Positions 52,378-62,780 of a stretch of DNA of 64,000 nucleotides are shown here, piece after piece (position 1 is the first letter of the stretch; each line of letters opens with the position of its first letter). The DNA is taken from NCBI GenBank assembly GCA_013265495.1, contig MU063057.1:248001-312000 (forward strand), given 5' to 3'. The stretch comes from Vicugna vicugna. Lineage: Eukaryota. Both the position numbers and the translations under genes were made by a program. The notes under the pieces were generated by a model that was not told where the DNA came from, did not search any database, and saw nothing but the letters and a program-made list of their open reading frames with translations.

Positions 52378-53678
52378 AAAAATGACTATAAAATCTGCCA
52401 GGCTTATAAATGGAATAATAGAGTTTATAAAATTGAAGAACTTAGCACATTAAAAAAATTAGATTTTGAATTTATAACTTCAATAAATTGAATCCTAATT
52501 GTTTAAATTTAATGTAAATCTGAGTGTAAACCCCTTGTTCAGGCTCTAAACCCACCCCTCAGCCCCGCTCCAGGCCCTCTTCCTGGAGAAGCCGCCTGCC
52601 CTGCCAGGTCCAGGCTTTGAACTGTGAGCCTAGGTCAAGCCCACCCTTGCCCCTTTCTCCTCCTGGCCCCCCACCTGTCTGCAGTGGGCACTAGAGGACG
52701 CACAAGGGCAGATCCAGGCCCTGTGGAGCAAGAGGGCCTTCAGAGACATGCCCTCCTGCTGTTCCTGAACCCTTTCCCCCATGTCCTGTGGACACCCACA
52801 GGGCTGGAGTGCCCTACTTCAGGGGCCCCCGTCTGAGGCTGCCTCTCCAGGACAGCTTTGAGGGCCTCCCTGAGTTACTATAGGGAGTCCATTATGTTGC
52901 TGACACCCCAAGAGCACTTCCATCTGGTTGCTGGAGGTGCCTGGTGGTTGTGGGGCTTCTGGAGGCCAGGCTTGTACCTTCCCTGGGGTAGGGTGGGGGT
53001 GGGGCCCCTGTCCTTGCAGTCAGCCGTGAGCCTCTTTGCATTTGCCGAGTCAGCACAAGGTAAGGCCTTTCCTGGCAGAGGCCACCCGTGACTTGTCCTA
53101 TTTTAATGGGGAGGCCTTGGCTGGGGGTCACCCCAAGGCCAGGGCCCAAACACTATCACCAATCACGTCTTGTCACTCCTGGGCTTGCAAACGTTCAGGA
53201 AGAGGAATGTAGATCAGGATTTCCTGCTGCCTAGCCCTCCGCCTGGTTGTGGATGGGGACATCCTCCCAGTGTGCTGGGAGGAGCAAAGTCCAGAGCAAG
53301 AAGGGAGAGGGAGCAGGCATGTCACGTGCAGCAGAAGCTTTGAGACATGGCTCCAGAGCCAGCGCAGCAGATCTGTCTGTGTTCCACACATGTGGGGGTC
53401 CCATGAGCCCGTCTGGCCTGGGCCAGGCTGACTGCTGTGACCGGGGCGTCACATGCTTTTTGGCACATCACTGTCCAGGCAGTGGCAGGGCAGTCGCTGA
53501 GCGCCAAGGTGGGCTTTGGTGACGGGCAGGTGGCCCTGCACAGGGTGTTGCGTTCTGTGGTATCAGTCATGGGTTTTGTGTTTCTCACTATCCCACAGCC
53601 AACTTTAAAATACTCTGTAACCAAGGAGGGGTGGGGTGTGTGTCACTGAAGCCAAATGAAACGGCATTTCTTGGTGGC

Positions 53679-54130
53679 TGCGGTGGGGCGAGTTGAGTGG
53701 CGGACTCCAGAAGGTTATCCATGTCTCAACGTCCAGCACCTGTGAACTTATTTGGAAACAGAGTCTCTGCAGATGTGATTAAGGATCTCAGGAGGAGGTC
53801 ATCCTGGATTTAGGGTGAGACCTCAACCCAGTTTCTGGGATCCTTGCAAGAGGAGAGAGGAAGGTTTGAGACACAGACACAGGGGAGGAGGCCACAGGAT
53901 GAGGGAGGCAGAGATAGGGGTCACACGGCCCCCAGCCAAGGCTGCTGGCAGCTACCAGAAACCAGAAGAGGCGGGGAATGGAGTCAGCTAAAAACCTCCA
54001 GGGCGAACCACCCCTGCACACACCTTGACCTTGGACTTCTGGCCTCTACAATCGTGGAGAATCCATTTCTGCTCTTCCTAAAGCATCAGTTTGTGGTTAT
54101 CTGTCATAGCAGCCCCACGAGACAACCACA
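53679..54130 (+). mobile_element. MLT1C/D-type solo LTR
   Basis: acctgtgaacttatttggaaacagagtctctgcagatgtgattaagg...ccagccaagg...caccttgaccttggacttctggcctc...tttgtggttatctgtcatagcagcccc, ending CA. Confidence 0.8.
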
Positions 54131-54918
54131 GCGGTGCCCGAGGCCTGAGATGGCATGCTCACTTCTGTTTTCCTTCCTAAAGCTGCTCTTCTCAGGCCAG
54201 TCTTCCATCAGCTCATCCTGGCTGGGCCTTTAGAGCAAGGAGCTGCAGTGGGTGAGTGTCGGCCTGAGTTGGACGCCCTTGCCACAAAATATGCCAAAAC
54301 AGGAAGCCGTTTGGGGATGGACGGCTGGCTGGCTATCGGTGTGGCTGGTCTGGCCTTTAAAGTCAAGGGGTGTATTTTCAACAGGTACCTTAGGGAGACT
54401 GGAGGCCATGGGTCCCTACTCTGGGGGTGAACAGGGTGACTGATCTGGCAGCATCCTGGCGGGGCAGGATTTTCATGGCCACCTCCTTCACCCCTCCCCT
54501 GGTTGCATTGCCCCTGCAACCGTTTACTGATGATTGACAGTGCTTGTGTGGTCCCTTCAAGCCCAAGGGGAATAGCTGTGAAACGGTCTCGATGACAAGC
54601 CACAGGGCAGGATGAGGGGGACATCCTGATACGGCCCAGGGCCTCAGGCCCCCAGAACCCCAGGAGCCCCAGTGACACAGCACCCTCGGGCATGGGAACA
54701 GGTATTCATGAGCGTCTGGGTTTGGCTGGGTGTAGCAGGGCCCCCACCACGGGCATAAACACGGCGGCTGGAGGGCTAGCGTGGTGGAGGGGGTGGCTCT
54801 CACCCCTACAGCCCCAAGCAGAGCTCCAGCTACAAAACCGTGTTCCCAGTCGGCATGAGGAAAAGACTGCGGCGCAGGGACTCAAAGTCATGTGCCCAAA
54901 TGTGCTCACATCACTGTC

Positions 54919-55270
54919 TGTTCTGGGTTGAACTATGTACCCTGAAAGTTCACATGTTGAAGTCCTCAGCCCCAGTGCCTCAGAATGGGACCCTCATATG
55001 GGTCCTTGAGGTGTAATTAACTAAGATGACTTCACACTGGGGTGAGGCGGGCCTCCAATCCAAGACAGCTAGTGCCTTTGTAAAAGGGGGGCATTTGAAC
55101 TGGGAGCGAGACATGCAGAGAGGGAATACGGCGTGAAGAGACACGGGGTGAAGACGGCCATCTATAAGCTGAGGACAGAGGTCTGGGCTAGATCCTGTCA
55201 CAGTCTCAGAAGGACCAGTGCTGCTGACACCTTGATCAAAGACTTTCAGAACTGGAATAAACCTCTGAAT
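54919..55270 (+). mobile_element. MLT1B-type solo LTR
   Basis: tgttctgggttgaactatgtaccc...catgttgaagtcctcagccccagtgcctcagaatg...gaagacggccatctataagc...ctgctgacaccttgatc...aataaacctctg. Confidence 0.8.
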
Positions 55271-57531
55271 TCCTTTCCCTACATTATATACAGGAGTTTA
55301 TGGCCTCTCAACCCTGTTTTAACACGGGCCACCGAGTCCAGCCTCCAGGTGGTCAGCTGGCCAGGCAGACTCAGCTGAGCCAGATCACTGGGTGCCCCAC
55401 AGGCCAGGTCTGCTAGCCATGCCTGCTCTCTGAATCCATCCCATACACACTCTGCAGAGTTCTGCCGACACAGACTCAGCCTCCTGCAGTTCTCCTGGTA
55501 GCGAAGCCTTCCGCATCTGGCTGTGACTTTTGCCTTGGGAGACCTGCTTCTCCCAGGTCTCAGGATGGGGCCAGGCCGGGGGGCTTTGAGGGGAACTGAC
55601 TTCTCTCTTACAAAGTAACTCTTTCAGGGGATGTCATTACAGGGTCTTCCAGTGTGGGGACAACTTTGTCCAATGAGGGGAAAGGGGCCATGGAGAGCAG
55701 TGGGGGCGCTTGGAAAGTAGAATTGGGGTCCCCTCGGCTGCCCCATCCCCCAGCTCCCCTTCTTTGGGCCGCACCAGTGCTCCAGCTGTCCCTGAACGCA
55801 GCTGGGGAGGCCACAGACTCACCTTCTGTGTCTCTTTTGAAACAATCCGTATCCAGCTGTGTACGGTTTTGGACTCAGTTTTAGGGCAGTGAGAGTGAGA
55901 GCTGGTCACAGGCGGGTCCTGCTGCCCTAACGTCCACGAGCAGCTCGGGGCTTGAGCTCATCGCTGATCTTCTACAGGTGGTCAAGCTTCCTTGGATCCC
56001 CCCACCCACCACAGACTTCTCCAGTTCCTTGTGCTCTGTACACTTCCCATGCCAGGGGATGGGTTCAGTCCCCAGAGCCTGGCCAAGCACGTTATTCCTG
56101 CAGAGTACAGGTAGCCACTGGGGGCCAAGGACTGCTCGGCTGAACACGCTTGGCTGCTTGGTTCCTCTAGCTATGCTTGGACCAGGCTGTTAACCCCGAT
56201 TTTCTGGAAGGGTTGTTGTCTGCAACTCCAGAGATTAGGGAAGGGAACTGGGTCACTCACGAAGTGGAAAGGCCCAGGTAGGAGCCAAGACACCGCCTGT
56301 TAGCACTGCAGGCCCGCGGCACCGTGGCTGTGCCATCAACCCTGGGCTCCCTTCAGAATGCAAGGGTGGGGGCCCTGCCCTCCCACTGGCCACGGAAGGA
56401 AGAGAGGCCGGGAACAGTGCTGTGACCACCGATGGCCAGAACGGGACACATGTCCAGTTCACGCAACCCAAGAAAGCCCTGCACATGGCAAAGTGGCCGG
56501 TCGCTTGCTGAGGAATGATTGTGTTCAGGGAGGGCTGTATCGACTCAGGCCAGAAGCCTGGTGACTAAGTGATCCGAAGGGCCTGTGAAGGCACCGCAGA
56601 AGGCCAGGGTCTTTCGCACAGCCACCTGTGTGTCTCATCAGGCTCTGGGACTGCCCCCAACACACACCTGCGGGAATCTGAGGACGCTTGGGAAGCCCAG
56701 AGTCAGCACTGAGAGGAGGTGGGATGCCTGCGCATCTCCAAGTCCCTCCTCCGAGAAGCCCCTCCTAATCTCACCCAGCCGGGTCTGGGCCAGTTCCAGG
56801 TACAGGGCCAGGTAACCTCAGATGAGGAAGGGTCCTCTTTAGAGCCATCCCTCTTCATAAAGGAGAGCCCAGTAGGGCCACCAGCTCTCCAAACTCCCCG
56901 GTGGTCTGTGCCCACCAAGGCCCCAGGCTGCAGAATCGGGTGGTGGCAACGGTGGTCATTGAGGAGTCGATTCAAGATTGGGCCCTGGTCAGCTGGTGCT
57001 GTCGGGGTGGGGGTGCGCAGTTTTCGGGCCTCAGTCTCCTCCTTCCTGAAGGAAGGAACTGGCTCTGGACAGCCTTGGCGATGCGCAGCAGGCCCTCGGA
57101 GCTCCGGGTAGAGACTGGTCCCCCAAGGCCGGCAGCAAGCTGCCTCAGGGCCCGGGCTGGGCAGGGCGGTGGGGGTCTCCGGTGCCGGCAAGGGTGGTGA
57201 GGGGTCTCGGGTGGTAGGTGGGGTCAGCGGTGTGGGTGTGGGTCAGCCTGGGGCGCCGTCACGCGCTGGAGGACCAGGGGACGCAAACCCGCAGCTTTTG
57301 CGCGCCCGCCGCCGCCGTGCTCGTCCCCGCGCCCCGCGAGCGAGCGGAGCGTGCGCGTGCGTGCTGCTGCGAGCGTGCGTGCGTGCGCGCACGCGGAGGC
57401 GGCGGCCCCGAAGCGGCGCTGGAGCCTGAGGCGGCTGGGCTGAGGCGGCTCCTCCCCGCTCCCGCTGCCCGCTGCCCGCTGCCCGCTCCTCCCCTGGGCC
57501 CGCCAGCCCAGGCCGCTCCCCGGGCCCGAAG

Positions 57532-57598
57532 ATGCCGGCCGTGTCGAAGGGGGACGGGATGCGGGGCCTGGCGGTCTTCATCTCAGACATCCGCAACT
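57532..57598 (+). CDS. AP2A2: AP-2 complex subunit alpha-2, coding exon 1 only (3'-partial)
   Basis: GAAGATGC start context; [22 protein letters not shown](C) is the invariant alpha-adaptin N-terminus; donor GTGAGT at 57599. I found no exon 2 in the window. Synteny with CHID1 indicates A2 rather than A1. Confidence 0.96.
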
Positions 57599-57697
57599 GT
57601 GAGTGGCCGGGCGCGGACCCGGCCTGCGCGGGGCGGGGGCGGGGTGAGGGGGCGCAGGCCGGCGTGGGGGCTGGCAGGCGGGCGGGGGCCTTTGGGA

Positions 57698-57997
57698 GCT
57701 GGGTTCCCGGGCGCGGACCTGGCGGGCGGGGGCCCGGCGGCGCGGGGCTGGGGTCCCCGGCGCTGACCTGGCGGGCAGGGGCCCCCGGCGCTGACCTGGC
57801 GGGCAGGGGCCCGGCGGCGCGGGACTGGGGTCCCGGGCGCGGACCTGGCGGGCAGGGGTCCGGGAGCGCGGGGCTGGGGTCCCGGGCGCGAATCTGACGC
57901 GCTGGGGTGCTGGAGCGCGGGGCCGGAGTCCCGGACGCGGACTTAGCGGGCAGGGGTGTTCGGGATTGGGGTCCCGGGCACGGACCTGGCGGGTGGG
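57698..57997 (+). repeat. GC-rich degenerate minisatellite (about 45-50 bp unit, about 6 copies) in AP2A2 intron 1
   Basis: Recurring GGGTCCCGGGCGCGGACCTGGCGGGCAGGGG(T/C)CC...GCGCGGGGCTG units, with one internal partial duplication (cggcgctgacctggcgggcagggg twice). Confidence 0.8.
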
Positions 57998-59122
57998 CTA
58001 GAGGCCACTGGGGAGCCAGCTGAGGTCCTGGCAGTGTGGACAGGGGTCCGGGGTGTGGGGTGTGCGAGGCGCATCCTCCACCTGCGTGGGGGCTGTGGCA
58101 TCGCTGAGGGGTGTCTGGCGAAGACGCCCCTCCCCAACATGATGTCATCTTGAGCAGTCTGCCCGTCTTTCTAGTAATGGTGCATTTAACCCAGCATTTT
58201 CCAAAATAGCGTGGATTTTCACTGGGAGTGGAAATAGCAGCACCCGTGTCTTGCTGTGAAAGCAGCTCTGACCCGGGTTCTGGCGGGTTATTAGGCCCTG
58301 GTTAAAATGACTCCTTCCTCAGGGAATCTGGACAGGCAGTGGGGTGTGGGTGGGATGGCTGTGGGGGAGCTGCTCTACCTGCTGTCTGATCAGGGACAGC
58401 GTTCTTAGGGACACATGTCCTCTCAGAGTGGAAAAATCCACACCAAAAGGTGAAACGGGCTGGGAGGCCAGTGGGTGCATGGGTCCACCAGTAGATTTGG
58501 CTTTGGTGTGCAGAAACTCCCGTTGGTTGTCAAGGAACGTTCTCTTTATTTAGTTACAAAAAATAAACACAAAGCTGGTTTGTTGGTCGATTTCATTTTT
58601 TGTTATCCACCAGGTATTTGACTGGGGGTTTGCTGCGTGTTTTGGAAGGATGATTGTAACTTCACCTCCTGGTAAATGCTACTTGTGCTGAACCCTCCCG
58701 TGACCTCCTCAGCTCCTCACACGGCTGTGGAGGACACAGACTGTGGAAGGGAGCTTGGGTCCCTTCCCTTCCTCAGCAAGAAATTGGTGTGGAAGCACTG
58801 CCTGAGGTCTGTGCTTCTGCAAGTAGGGCAGTAGCCTCGTTTTTCTCTTCCTTTGCTGTGTAATGTAATTTCCAAGACAGTAACCTTCATGATTATAACG
58901 CATCTTGTAGAGATGAGTGTGTGTGTGTGCTGCCAATTCAGGGCACCCCTGGGCTGAGGCTTAGCAGCCTTACACTAGCTGTGACGTCTGTCCTTCCGTT
59001 TTGGTAGCTCACTGAGATTGAAATCCATTTTCTCTGACGACTGGTCACCTGCGTGCTGGACGCGTGTTCTGTGCTGGGTCTGCCACATAGCTAGGCCCTG
59101 GCTTGTTGACTGACTGTGCAGA

Positions 59123-59310
59123 CAGGCTTTCTCCACCCCTGCACTGTGACATTAGGCGCCAGTCACATGTTGTGTGGAGCTGTCCTGTGCTTCTTAGCTT
59201 CCCTGGCCTCCCTCTGGCTTCTGAATGCTTCAGCTGTGACAACCAAAAATGTTTCCAGCCGCTGCCCTGCAGGGCAAAGTTACCTCCCCCTCCCCCTTTG
59301 AGAGCTACTG
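59123..59310 (-). mobile_element. MER20 (hAT-Charlie) DNA transposon
   Basis: caggctttctccacc...gctgtcctgtgc...ccctggcctc...gtgacaaccaaaaatgtttccag...gggcaaag...ttgagagctactg matches the recalled reverse-complement MER20 with terminal inverted repeats. Confidence 0.8.
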
Positions 59311-60130
59311 GTGTAGATCAGTGAATGAGACAATTTCTTCCCTGAAGGAAGATTTGCCTAATCCTTGGGGCGGGGGGGGCATTGCAGGGGGGACGGGGAG
59401 AGGGCACGTCAATATTTAGCATGGCCCCTTCTCAGAAACAGCTTTCCCACCTTGCCGTCCTGTGAGCCCCTTCCTTCAGAGCTGGGTCGGCAGTTTGTGC
59501 GCCGGGAGCTGTCCGCGGTGGGGGCCACGCCTGCCGTGTCACCCCTCCCCTGCTAGAGACCTCACCTGGAGAGGCTGCTGGGGCCGCCTGCTACAGGGCC
59601 TTGGTGTGTGCGGGGCGGCGGGCGCCACCGTCACATTCTTACCCTGCTGTGGGCTGGTGGCTGGATGTGAGCTTGGAAGGCAAACCCAGGTCAGAGCTGG
59701 TCTGAGCTTGACCCCTGGCGGCAGGGAGGGGCCCTTGCTTCCCCAACCCCTGCCCGCCTCTGATTTTATGTGCTGGCTGTGCTCCTGTTGTGATGGTGGT
59801 CAATGTAGCTGGACTGTGTGGGGAGAGGGCACCAAGCTGGCCGCAGGGGCTCGGACCCTCTGCCTCTCACCGGCCCCGTGACCGACTGGAAACCACGGCC
59901 CCAAGCCTCAGTCTTGTCACCTGACAGAGGGGTGGGCTTTGAGCTGACGTGTCACTGGAGTCTGGTCGGCCCCATGCCTTTCTGCGCTGCAGTCCCTGCA
60001 GCCCCCTCCGTGCCTGAGCTCTGCTGCTCTCTGCCCTTCCCGTCAGGGTCTTGACTGGGGACCTGACCCCTCAGCGCTGGCACTGGCACCGAGTGTGTGC
60101 CCGGGTTCCAGAGGGCCTTGTGCTCCTGCT

Positions 60131-60169
60131 CCGTGTGCCACAGGGGCCCGTGTGCCACAGGGGCCCGTG
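60131..60169 (+). repeat. 17-bp tandem duplication (CCGTGTGCCACAGGGGC)2.3
   Basis: Read directly at 60131-60147 and 60148-60164. Confidence 0.85.
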
Positions 60170-60314
60170 CGGCTGCTGGGGCCCGGGTACTGAAGCAGTG
60201 CAGAGCCTCGGAAGATTAGCTTGATCCTTTTTGCTTGATCTCAGCCTGGGGGCCCCGAATTTGGCTGATATGAGTTCAGTGTGTGGGACTTCATTAACTG
60301 TTCCTTGTGCTCTT

Positions 60315-60810
60315 TTTCAATTTTATTTAGTCCCAGTTTTAAAATAATTCTTCATTTTGAAATAAATTTAGATTTATAGGAATTTGCGAAGAAATGGATT
60401 GGAGATCCCAGCGTTCCTTACCCGCCTCCTCAAAGGTGGGCAAGCAGGACATTCCAATGCTAGGAAACTGACACTGGTGCAGTATGCCAGGCGTGGTCAC
60501 CTTTCTCCAGTTTTATGTACACTGGTGTCTGGTGTGTGTGTGTAGGTTTGTGTACTCGGGTCACATACAGCATCACGTAACCCCCATCCTGAGTCAGGAT
60601 ACAGAATTATTCCACCATCACAAGGCCTTCTTGTGCTGCACTTTATTGCCCTCCCCTCCTCCCCCCACCATGTGCCTCAGCCACTAATCTGTCCTCCATC
60701 TCTGCATAACCTCTTGACGATGTTGTGTGAATGAAATTGTGCGGTATGTGACCTGCTGAGATTGGCTTTTTTTACTCAGCACACTTGCTGGAGGTCCATC
60801 TAGGCTCTTG
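60315..60810 (-). mobile_element. L1MC-like 3' fragment (antisense)
   Basis: ttttgaaataaatttagatttatagga...aggaaactgacactggt...agtcaggatacagaattattccaccatcacaagg...ccactaatctgtcctccatctct...ttttactcagca are typical reverse-strand L1MC words. Confidence 0.7.
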
Positions 60811-62614
60811 CATTGACTGACATTAAAATATTCAAGCAGTTGAGTCAAAGAAAATGAAAGAACTGCTGAAATTGGGGAAATAATAATCACTGGCTATTTA
60901 TTCAGTTGTTTGGCACTCTTGTTTGCTTTTACACACGTGGTAATATCAGTGGAGGGGCTTGACGCTCTGCCATTGACACGTCAATACTAGACTGTTGTTG
61001 AGAACGTCAGACTCAGAGTTGACTGCAGAACCGTCAGGCTGCACTGAAGGGGAGAAGTGATAGGTCTTTATTCTTGTGGGACCGGTCACGCTGCCAGTGG
61101 GCAGGAAGTTGCCATTTATTCCTCTGTGCACGTGGCAGCGGGGGCTGCACAGATGGGTTAAGACACTTCCATCGTGCTTGGAGGCATTTTATTTAATCCC
61201 TCAGGCACTCACTCAAATGAAGGGAATCAAGTGGAGAGATGTAATTAGCCATTTGGCAAAAAACGAATTTCCCATGTTCTTGGAGAAAACACGCAATTTT
61301 GCTGCAGGCACAATGATAAACGAGCAGGGTCCCCCTCAGTGCTCTGCTGCTTGTGGTCGTCACCCAACTTGGTCCCCTCCGCTTCTGTTAACTGTTGAAA
61401 TTCGGCACGCCTTTGTGTTAGGTTTTAGAATGACTAAAGTTTAAAACATTTTACTTGTTTGTCAGATTCCATTTGTTATGAGTCATAAATTGGACATGGA
61501 GAAACTGAACATAAAATTTTAAATTCAGCTTGAACTTCAGTGTGAAAATGAAACACAAAGTTGGCACTTGATTTTCCTGCGCAGTAATAAAGGTTGGAAT
61601 CAGAGTTTGTCAGTCTGCTTTTAACTTTAAAAGTTTTTTAAACAACTTGAGGTTCATCTTAGTCTCGACTGTCCATTTAAAAAATGCTGGCCTTTTGAAA
61701 AGTAAGTGCTGTTCTTGCATATTTTCTCTTGCACTCTTACGCGTAGTTTGTATTCCTTAGAAACTGATTAGGAAGTGTGTGCTGAGGCTGAGGGGAGGGA
61801 CAGACCACCAAGCTGGAGGAGGAAGGAAGTCTTTGGCCTGGCTGAATTTTCTGCCGAGGTTGGTGGTTGCTGCTTCTGGGAAATAGCTGTGTGTTCTTCC
61901 CTGTGTCTTCCTCTGGCTGCTCTCGGGGGTCACTCTGTTTCTTCTACGAGATGTTGAAGTGCCCTGGTGATAAGCGTGTTCTCAGGCCAGGTACTTAGTG
62001 TTGCTTCTCTTTCCTCTCACAGTGATTGTCACTGCTGTTTCTGGCATCAGCATGTGTCAGGATTCTGTCGCTGTGGAATTATTGAAAACGCTGTCTTTGT
62101 GGGATTAAATGGCATTTCTTGGCTTTACAAAGATCAGAGAGAGTCCGGCATGAGCGTAGGACTCAGGAGGCGATAGGAAAAGGCACTTGTGTTGCTGGAT
62201 GGAGAGTGGGCTCTGCATTCCTCCAGTGTCACCTGCAGGTTCTTGGGTGTGAGGCCGTCCTGCCTTAGCTCAAATCTCCAAACTTATAAGGCTCCGTAAT
62301 TGAAAGTCTTTTTGTAGGTCTGTGGTCAACTTGTTTGGCACTGCGCTGCAAGGAAGCTGTGTGTGGTCCCCTGCCTGAGAGTGTGGGCTTCAGGAGGCTG
62401 TGGCGGGGCCCGGGGTCCACGGCCGTGTGCTGTGCTTCCTCCCATAGGCCGAGCAGTTCTGAGTTCTTGGACCAGTTGGGCCTGAGGTTTTGGATAAGGG
62501 ATGGCATCTGGGCCTCTTGTGCGAAATACTGTGTGGGATTCAGAGAAATGTAGCCCGCGGTCCTGACCCCGATCTGCTGGTGGACACACGGGGAGATGAG
62601 TTCTGCCAGTGCCC

Positions 62615-62780
62615 TGGTCCTCACTGAGCACCTCCTGTGTCGGAACTCCTGCACGCAGAGCGTGGGGAATAGGAGGACGGCAGGTGGGTGAGGTGGGTCC
62701 TTGCCCTGAGGGAGCCCCCCAGTTTGGGGGGCAGAGGGAACATTAGAGGGACACAGGTGCTTGGGAGTCTTGAGAGGTAG
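62615..62780 (-). mobile_element. Degraded L2 3'-end fragment (antisense)
   Basis: cactgagcacctcctgtgtcgg...tccttgccctgagggagccccc agtttgggg resembles the reverse L2 terminus (attgagcacctactatgtgccagg...tccctgccctcaaggagcttacagtctag). Confidence 0.4.

Larger units (their letters stand above)
57200..58000 (+). promoter_or_regulatory. AP2A2: AP2A2 CpG-island promoter / 5'UTR
   Basis: Dense CpG, GCGTGCGC (NRF1-like) repeats and a (GCCCGCT)n leader just before ATG 57532. Confidence 0.75.

Noticed and set aside
57243-58148. 301-aa antisense ORF with repeated motifs
   Set aside because: Translation artefact of the AP2A2 intron-1 minisatellite and CpG island.
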